From a virus (lineage: Duplodnaviria; Heunggongvirae; Uroviricota; Caudoviricetes): a stretch of 64,000 bases of DNA. Every line of letters begins with the position of its first letter. Position 1 is the stretch's first letter. The notes beneath the pieces were generated by a model, which ran no database searches, was not told the DNA's origin, and saw nothing but the letters and a program-made list of their open reading frames with translations. The stretch lies in the IMG/VR virus record IMGVR_UViG_3300042922_001018; one strand, written 5' to 3'. Below are positions 58,004-64,000 of this stretch, piece after piece. The position numbers were made by a program, and so were the translations under genes.

Positions 58004-58022
58004 GGTCACATCTTACCATCGC

Positions 58023-58559
58023 TCAGACGGCAAGTCCCAGGTACGCGCCCGCGTACTCGGACGGCATCGCCTCGATGCCGGAGCCGTGCTGGCTCAGCAG
58101 CCCCGGTTCTTGCAACGCTGCGAGGAGAACGGCGTCTTCGACGCCTGCGAGGTGCAGGCGGTACGCTGTCCGGTAGTCGGACTTCGCTTCTTCGTCGTCT
58201 CGAACATCTGTTCGAAACTGCATGTAGTTCTCGGCGGCGAGAATGATGAGCGGCCAGTGGTTCAGCTCGGCCCAGAACTGTCCGAATGCCGCGCGCTCCG
58301 CATTCACGTCTTTCTTCTTGAAGGCTGGGTCGAACAAATCTTCCATGAAGAAGATGGCATCGTCGAAGCCGGTCCACGGGACCATCGCGGTGGCAACCGC
58401 ATAGTACGGCTTCTGATGGAGCTTCACCTCATGGTCCGGGTAGCTTCTGAGGAGAGACCATGTGCGGAAGTACAAGTCCGCGTCGGAAATCTTGATGCCG
58501 CGCCGCCCATGAGAGTAGATGGCGTCGCCGAGAATCCGCATGTACAGGACGCTGTTCAT
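58023..58559 (-). CDS. PxEY-tail family protein, FGxFW subfamily
   Basis: RAAFGQFWAEL; AMPSEYAGAYL; ATGA overlap start 58559. Confidence 0.75.
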   Translation of the reverse strand: MNSVLYMRILGDAIYSHGRRGIKISDADLYFRTWSLLRSYPDHEVKLHQKPYYAVATAMVPWTGFDDAIFFMEDLFDPAFKKKDVNAERAAFGQFWAELNHWPLIILAAENYMQFRTDVRDDEEAKSDYRTAYRLHLAGVEDAVLLAALQEPGLLSQHGSGIEAMPSEYAGAYLGLAV

Positions 58560-59323
58560 GCCAGCTCCCGCGCGAACTCTAGCGGGATGTTCGTCTGGTG
58601 GAGTTCGACGATGCGAGCAATCCCGAGGTGGGCGAGCGGGTGGGCGTACTCGGGCGGGACGCCTCGGCGGTAGAGGGCGGATGCTGCCGTAGCCCAAGTC
58701 TCGGAGTCAACTCTCAGCGGCAGCACATCTCGTGCGTATTCTGCGGGCACGCCTTGTTCGAAGAGGTGCATGACGGCTTGCTTGCTGTAACCGCGAGATT
58801 CTCCGCGTGCGTCCGGGTTGTAGAGCGGTATGGTCCCGGCGTAGGTGGCTGGGATGCCCGCCGTGTGGAAATCCAAGAGCAGGAAACTCATGCTCGGCGT
58901 GAGCTGACGGCGTGAAGCATCGAGGTACTCGTGGACATACTCCAGAGGGATGTCTGAGTATCGGTGTGCTGAGTTCGCGGCCGGATACACTCGTCCGTAC
59001 GAATCCGTAGCTTCACGGAGCAGGACAACAGCGACGCTGACGATTCGGCTCATGTCTGTTGAGCCGTCGAACTTAGTCTTCACGCCCTTCAGACCGACGA
59101 GATACTCAGCCAGGTCGCATTGCACCGCAAGTGCGCGCGGATGGTCGAAGATGTGGTCTCGTTGAATGAAGTCCCGGATACCAGAGTGGCGGGTGACGGC
59201 AGCGAAGAACTCCATGAGAGACTCCCACGTGTCGAATGTGCAGGCGCCTCCGGTCACGTCTTCGTCGTACTGCAAGTCCCAGGCCTGGAGCAGCGTGCGA
59301 ACGCGCGCGTCGGGATGTCTCAT
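58556..59323 (-). CDS. PxEY-tail family protein, HxD N-module subfamily
   Basis: HPDARVRTLLQAW...FDTWESL; DIPLEY, GIPATY, GVPAEY, GVPPEY, NIPLEF. Confidence 0.85.
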   Translation of the reverse strand: MRHPDARVRTLLQAWDLQYDEDVTGGACTFDTWESLMEFFAAVTRHSGIRDFIQRDHIFDHPRALAVQCDLAEYLVGLKGVKTKFDGSTDMSRIVSVAVVLLREATDSYGRVYPAANSAHRYSDIPLEYVHEYLDASRRQLTPSMSFLLLDFHTAGIPATYAGTIPLYNPDARGESRGYSKQAVMHLFEQGVPAEYARDVLPLRVDSETWATAASALYRRGVPPEYAHPLAHLGIARIVELHQTNIPLEFARELA

Positions 59324-59379
59324 CGGACCGCTCCGGAGGCAGGGGTCATCGCGGGAAGGCGACGGCCGAAGATGCTCAC
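59320..59379 (-). CDS. Leaderless 19-codon upstream ORF
   Basis: TTGACA(59414-09)-17-TACGCT(59391-86)-6-GTG; MSIFGRRLPAMTPASGAVR*, stop overlaps next ATG. Confidence 0.45.
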   Translation of the reverse strand: MSIFGRRLPAMTPASGAVR

Positions 59380-59410
59380 GGCCCCAGCGTACAACGCGAA
59401 GCGGCTGATG

Positions 59411-60172
59411 TCAATGTCCGGACATCGCGGCGGCGAACTCGGGCGGGATGCCCGCACGGAAGAACTTGATGGTGTCTGCGAGTCCGCATTGTTCGATGAC
59501 CGAACGGGCGTAGTGAGCGTCCACCCCAGCTCGGTACAGTCCGGCGGTCGTGAAGGCGCTGAAGTTGTCGTTGTCCAGAGTCGGTTCGAGCGGGACGACT
59601 GCCGCAGCGTAGTCGGCCGGGATGTCTCGGTCTCGAAGCAGCTTCACGGACTCGATGGTGTAGCCCAGTGGCGCCGGAGAGAACGGGTACCGCAGGGGCA
59701 ATGTTCCCAGGTATGAGGCGGGGATGTTGTGCTCGATAGCGCTGCGCAACATCTCGATGACACCACGGCCGCGGAGGCGCGAGCGCTGTGCGTCGATGAA
59801 CTCGTGCAAGTAGTCAGCGGGAAGGTTGAAGGACCGGTTGAAGGCGGCGTAGTCAGTGGAGATGGTGTCGCCACCGTAGCCGTACCGCATGGCTGCCGCA
59901 GCGTGAGAGACGTGACCATCGGCGCGGAGCCGGTGGAGGGCTGCCAGAGCCGCGGCGGCGTCGTAGTTCACCGGCTCGCCGGTCAGCGGATGCTGGAATG
60001 TCTGCACTCGCTGCGTGAAGTCTCGCAACCCGGTCTCCCGCGTGGCGTCACGGAAGAACGTCATCATCTCGTCGTAACTGTGCAGCTCGAAGGAGCCTTG
60101 GAGGGCTTCCTTGTGCGTGCGTAGACCCCAGCCACGCAGCAGCGTGTCGATTCGCTTGTCCGTGTGTCTCAC
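59411..60172 (-). CDS. PxEY-tail family protein, HxD N-module subfamily
   Basis: HTDKRIDTLLRGW...SYDEMMTFF; NLPADY, NIPASY, DIPADY, GVDAHY, GIPPEF; GTGA overlap start. Confidence 0.85.
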   Translation of the reverse strand: MRHTDKRIDTLLRGWGLRTHKEALQGSFELHSYDEMMTFFRDATRETGLRDFTQRVQTFQHPLTGEPVNYDAAAALAALHRLRADGHVSHAAAAMRYGYGGDTISTDYAAFNRSFNLPADYLHEFIDAQRSRLRGRGVIEMLRSAIEHNIPASYLGTLPLRYPFSPAPLGYTIESVKLLRDRDIPADYAAAVVPLEPTLDNDNFSAFTTAGLYRAGVDAHYARSVIEQCGLADTIKFFRAGIPPEFAAAMSGH

Positions 60173-60780
60173 CCGAACACCTCGATGGCGTACTCTGCGG
60201 GCAAGTTCGACTGGTACATCTTGACGATGGCGTCGGCGCTTGCACCGCTCGCCGCGACCGCGCTCGCGTATTGTGCGGGAACACCGGCTCGGTAGAGGAC
60301 GGCCATCTCGGCTGGTGTGTAGCCGCGCGGAGTCTGGTACGCCTGGTCCCATGGGACAGCACTTGCGTATTCGAAGGGAACGCGATACCGGTAGATGTTG
60401 GTGGTTGCTTCCACCGTGTGCCAGTTACTCACGGCGGTGGGGTACAGCTCGATGGCCCTGACAATGTACTCCACGGGGAGTGAGCAGAGCAGCTCGAAGC
60501 TCGGTGACCAATACGAGACGTAGGACTTCGGTGTCCGCTCGTGTCGGATGCAGGCGGTTGCGTGCCTACGCCAACGGCTGAACTCGCGCGCGATGACTTT
60601 CAGCGTCTCCAAGCGTTCGAGAACATCGACGATGTCAACGCGACTCGTGGGGTCGGCGCCACACTCGGAGACGAAAGCTTCCAGGTCGGCGTACGTCGAG
60701 AAGTAGGCTTCGGCCGTCCATCTCACGGGGGCGGGTTCACGCTGGAGGAACTCAGCCCGTTCATCATCGTGGACGCTCAC
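60169..60780 (-). CDS. PxEY-tail family protein
   Basis: SLPVEY, RVPFEY, GVPAQY, NLPAEYAIEVFG*. Confidence 0.8.
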   Translation of the reverse strand: MSVHDDERAEFLQREPAPVRWTAEAYFSTYADLEAFVSECGADPTSRVDIVDVLERLETLKVIAREFSRWRRHATACIRHERTPKSYVSYWSPSFELLCSLPVEYIVRAIELYPTAVSNWHTVEATTNIYRYRVPFEYASAVPWDQAYQTPRGYTPAEMAVLYRAGVPAQYASAVAASGASADAIVKMYQSNLPAEYAIEVFG

Positions 60781-61343
60781 TGTGACTCTCCCAGCGTCGC
60801 GCGGATGTACTCTTCGGGCACGCCATCGAGCAGCATCTCGCACGCTTCGGCGGACCGGCCCGGAGCGATGTAGAAAGACCACTGGATGAGTCCCCGGTCG
60901 AGGCCGCGCGCGACGAACTCGGCGATGCGGTGAGTGTCTCGCTCGATGAGCCGGTAATCGCCTAGTCGGTCAGCGATGAGTTCGGGGTAGTGCAGGACGA
61001 GAGGGTCGTAGCCCGTGTTCGCCCAGTGCTCAGCGAAGCGTAGCGCGCCGAGTTGGGCCTTCATCGAAAGCTGCCAGTGCTGCACGAGCTGGCCGTTCAC
61101 TAGGACCATCGGGGAGCCTTCAACGCCGACGGCGAGTGTGGCGTTGATGTCCGACCAGTGCACCAGGGTCCGCAGGACCGACATGTACGGGGTGCCCTTG
61201 CCGTATGGTTCTGACGGTTCGATGCCGATGGCAGCACAGATGTCTTCAAGAACGCGACGGTTGTGATGCCACGTGGTTTCGCCGTCCCATCGGACGCGAG
61301 CGGCGCGGATGCGCTTCTGCTCGTACCACGCGAGACGGACCAT
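60777..61343 (-). CDS. PxEY-tail family protein, WxxSG(F/Y)D subfamily
   Basis: EHWANTGYDPL; GVPEEYIRATLG; TTGACG-18-TAGACT promoter. Confidence 0.8.
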   Translation of the reverse strand: MVRLAWYEQKRIRAARVRWDGETTWHHNRRVLEDICAAIGIEPSEPYGKGTPYMSVLRTLVHWSDINATLAVGVEGSPMVLVNGQLVQHWQLSMKAQLGALRFAEHWANTGYDPLVLHYPELIADRLGDYRLIERDTHRIAEFVARGLDRGLIQWSFYIAPGRSAEACEMLLDGVPEEYIRATLGESQ

Positions 61344-61375
61344 GGCGTTAGTCTAGCGGGTCTGCGCTGTTCGCG

Positions 61376-62149
61376 TCAAGCCCGTGCGTACTCCAGCGGG
61401 ATGTCGTTCTTCCAGTACCGTGCGATGTCACGGCCGCGGGCACCGTCGCCGAGGAGTGCGAGCATGTAGTCCCAGCCGACCTTTGCGTCGTGGAGGTCGC
61501 GGATGTCGAGAGTCGTCTGCTTCGTACCCGGCTTGCTGTGACCGAGGACAGTTTGGGCGAAGGATGGCGCGATGTTCCTTTTTGCGAGCGAGCGGAACTG
61601 ATGCGCGGTCAGTGTCCATTCCGGATATCGGGATGCGCGAGCGTACTCGTCGGCATGCTCGGGAGACATCCCCATCTGGTGCGCGTCGAGGATACTGCTG
61701 AGGTACTCCCGGCTCGGCGCCGAAGTCTGGTTCTCTGCACTCGTTCGGAGGTACTTCAGGGTCACCTTCTGGTCGAGCATCCGATTCCAGAGTTCGTGAA
61801 CCGGTTCGTAGTAGGAAGGGTTCCAGTTGAAAATGACCGCAAGCAGCCGGGCGAACAGCGAGCGCTGCTTGCGGGTGATGTCCAGCTCGGCGGCGAACTC
61901 GGTCGCGATGGCGAAATCGGTACGGAACGAACGGTTCAGCAGGATGCTGTGTTCGTCCATCGGTCCTGCTAGCGGGTTGATGGCTCGCAGGATGCTGCGG
62001 TAGAACGAGAGTATCTCCGAGCGTGTGGTCCCGAGGACGGAGAGCCTCTCCCAGTCGTAGTGGATGGGGCGTTTGACGAGGTTCTTGATGACCCACGGGT
62101 CGAAGATGCTCGGGTCCGGCGGTTCGATACTCATGGTGGCGCGCATCAT
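61376..62149 (-). CDS. PxEY-tail family protein
   Basis: GMSPEH, NIAPSF, KVGWDY, DIPLEYARA*; ATGA overlap start. Confidence 0.8.
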   Translation of the reverse strand: MMRATMSIEPPDPSIFDPWVIKNLVKRPIHYDWERLSVLGTTRSEILSFYRSILRAINPLAGPMDEHSILLNRSFRTDFAIATEFAAELDITRKQRSLFARLLAVIFNWNPSYYEPVHELWNRMLDQKVTLKYLRTSAENQTSAPSREYLSSILDAHQMGMSPEHADEYARASRYPEWTLTAHQFRSLAKRNIAPSFAQTVLGHSKPGTKQTTLDIRDLHDAKVGWDYMLALLGDGARGRDIARYWKNDIPLEYARA

Positions 62150-62706
62150 GCCTCCAACGCGGTGATGTACTCGATGGCGAAACCGCTGCGGTACATGTCG
62201 GTGTACTGCCTGGTCCGCTTCAACCGAGCGTCGAGGGTCTGTCGTCCACGAGGTGAGTCGTGTCCGGATGGCAGACCGTTGTAGAGCAACGCCGCGGTCT
62301 CTTCGGGGGACATTCCCGCTTCGAGGAACGGGCGGAGCTTGTTTCCGGGGATGGGGAGCCGTGACTGTCCGGATGCAACGCTGCCGGGGATGAAAACGCG
62401 CGCCCATGCGGCGGCGACAGTGTAAGGCTGCCGAAGGTAGTAGGCGAAGAAGACGAGGTCTCGGAGCGACTGATACTTCGTCGTCCACTCGCGGAGCACC
62501 CAGTAGCCGCTGTCATAGACATGGAACTGCCAGACTTCACCGTCGCCGCCTTCGCAGAGTGAGAAATACCTCCCGAGGAGAGCGTAGCTACCCTTGAAGA
62601 TGTCGGCGTATCCGTGGACTCGCATGACAGACTTCGTCCCAGTCAGTTCGCGGATGATGGAGTACGCGCTCTTGTCGCACGTCACATACTCATCGACATA
62701 GTCCAT
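62146..62706 (-). CDS. PxEY-tail family protein
   Basis: GMSPEE...GFAIEYITALEA*; TTGACA-18-TAGACT promoter. Confidence 0.75.
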   Translation of the reverse strand: MDYVDEYVTCDKSAYSIIRELTGTKSVMRVHGYADIFKGSYALLGRYFSLCEGGDGEVWQFHVYDSGYWVLREWTTKYQSLRDLVFFAYYLRQPYTVAAAWARVFIPGSVASGQSRLPIPGNKLRPFLEAGMSPEETAALLYNGLPSGHDSPRGRQTLDARLKRTRQYTDMYRSGFAIEYITALEA

Positions 62707-62738
62707 GGACTCAGTCTAGAGTCGGCATGGTCTCGATG

Positions 62739-63590
62739 TCAAGCCAGAAGGTACTCCAGCGGGATGCCGTCGGAGTACGCGGCGATGATGCGTTCGATGG
62801 TGAGCTGTTCGTCTTCTGGCGTCTCCCGCTGCCGAATAGCCTGGTCCGCGTCCGCGACGTAGTTCGCATCGACGCCGTTCTGGTACATCTCCACGATGAG
62901 GTGCGCGTTCGAGTACAGCTTGCCGGTGATGCATGAACTGAGCGTGTTGGCATACGCCGTCGGGACGCCGCCCTGGTGCAGCGTTTTCAGTGCCTCCGCG
63001 GTGAAACCTCCGAGGCCGATTCGCGCGTTCGTTACCACATCCGCGGAGCCGATGTAGTCGGCCGGTACTCCTGAGGCTAGGGCATCCTGGGCCAGCCGGA
63101 CGATGTTGCCATCATCGAGGCGATGGCGCCGGAAGACCGCTCGGCTCGCTGGAACGCCGTGGTTCAGGATGAACGATACCGGTTCGACGAGCTGCCCTTC
63201 GTCCGGGGTGTAACCGGTGTACCGGCCGACGATGTTGAAGTACACCGCTACCGCTTCCGCTATTTCAGGGGTCGGACGCTCTTGTGCGCTCCGGCTCAAC
63301 GGTCCAGGTGCGTGCATGGCTGCTTTCGGCCGGAGCGCACCGGGGACGCCCGCCAATGTGGTCAGCATCAGCATTCCGCCGCCCTTCGCTTCGACACCTT
63401 TCCGCGCGGTACCGTCGTGGAGCATCTGAAGGGCTAGGTTCTCGCCGTGACCTTCGAACATCATTTCGAAGTACCGGTAGAACTGGTCCCAGTTCTTAAA
63501 GGCATCTGCCACCCAGACTGCTGTACCGCTGCCCGGCATGACGTTCCAACGTTCGAGCATCCGTTCGATGCGCTGGTCTCGGTGAATCAT
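62739..63590 (-). CDS. PxEY-tail family protein, HxD N-module subfamily
   Basis: HRDQRIERMLERW...FKNWDQF; GVPADY, GVPTAY, GVDANY, GIPLEYLLA*. Confidence 0.85.
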   Translation of the reverse strand: MIHRDQRIERMLERWNVMPGSGTAVWVADAFKNWDQFYRYFEMMFEGHGENLALQMLHDGTARKGVEAKGGGMLMLTTLAGVPGALRPKAAMHAPGPLSRSAQERPTPEIAEAVAVYFNIVGRYTGYTPDEGQLVEPVSFILNHGVPASRAVFRRHRLDDGNIVRLAQDALASGVPADYIGSADVVTNARIGLGGFTAEALKTLHQGGVPTAYANTLSSCITGKLYSNAHLIVEMYQNGVDANYVADADQAIRQRETPEDEQLTIERIIAAYSDGIPLEYLLA

Positions 63591-64000
63591 GCGACGAGGT
63601 ATTCGGCTGGGATGCCTTCGGTGAAGGCGGCGAGTACGGCATCGAAGGGGAGCCGGTCGATGAGGTCGAGGTCTCCGACGACCATTGCGTTGTTCACGGT
63701 CATCAGGTACTCGGCGGGGACACCCATCTCGTAGACACGGATGAGCTTCTGGGCCTGTGAACCGACACCACCGAGGTGGCAGGCCACGAGTGACCGGGCA
63801 TATTCGACGGGCACACCGGCTCGTTCGATAATGGCGATGTCCTGCGGCTTGTATCCGCCGTGTCCGTACTCCTTGGCCACCTCATAGGTGAACGGGATGT
63901 CCCGAATGAACTCGGGTGAGGCTCCGGCGTCGAGCGCCTGTGTCGCCTGGATGCGGATGCCGGACTCCAGGATGTCATGGGTCTGGGAGATGGTGCGGAG
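63587..64000 (-). CDS. PxEY-tail family protein, 5'-partial (runs off window)
   Basis: Frame open to 64000; GASPEF, GVPVEY, GVPAEY, GIPAEYLVA*. Confidence 0.85.
   Translation of the reverse strand, partial: LRTISQTHDILESGIRIQATQALDAGASPEFIRDIPFTYEVAKEYGHGGYKPQDIAIIERAGVPVEYARSLVACHLGGVGSQAQKLIRVYEMGVPAEYLMTVNNAMVVGDLDLIDRLPFDAVLAAFTEGIPAEYLVA

Noticed and set aside
35251-62488. Long N-terminal extensions in the ORF track (35251-36507, 43969-44946, 49260-50501, 59411-60352, 61376-62488 and others)
   Set aside because: The extensions overlap neighbouring genes; promoters or stop/start overlaps define shorter starts.

Overview
High-GC DNA from a large actinobacterial mobile replicon (jumbo phage, phage-plasmid or megaplasmid). 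The window has no capsid, tail, terminase, integrase or Rep gene, so the element type is unresolved. The host clues are a DUF3039 gene, TCGAAC-N4-GTTCGA SOS boxes and pervasive leaderless sigma70-type promoters. I count by hand about 112 tightly packed genes, nearly all on the minus strand and mostly coupled by ATGA/GTGA/TGATG overlaps. Few are recognisable: a Fic/Doc protein, NAD-dependent DNA ligase, DUF4031, DUF3039, a HAD-SAK-type phosphatase, a probable PD-(D/E)xK nuclease, a minimal kinase-like protein and a pilin-like protein. The dominant feature is one paralogue superfamily of about 84 genes (roughly three quarters of all genes). Their N-terminal parts are unrelated or fall into subfamilies (soluble, membrane-anchored, HTH, acidic/Cys-rich), but each ends in 1-6 copies of a ~22-27 aa helical repeat whose last copy, G-[IV]-P-x-E-Y-[AL], lies a few residues from the C-terminus ('PxEY-tail family', my label). 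I could not assign this module to a known family; it looks like a shared C-terminal docking or sorting tag on a diversified protein library. About 47 leaderless promoters feed the array, and in at least 16 of them the -35 or -10 hexamer is built on the upstream gene's stop codon. The only large non-coding region (about 48135-48768) holds iteron-like repeats, a 16-bp inverted repeat, repeated palindromic sites and an AT-rich tract, and LexA boxes lie in it and just left of it; it is a candidate origin or control region. Many ORF-track starts were corrected using promoters and overlaps. All family assignments come from motif recognition, not database searches.
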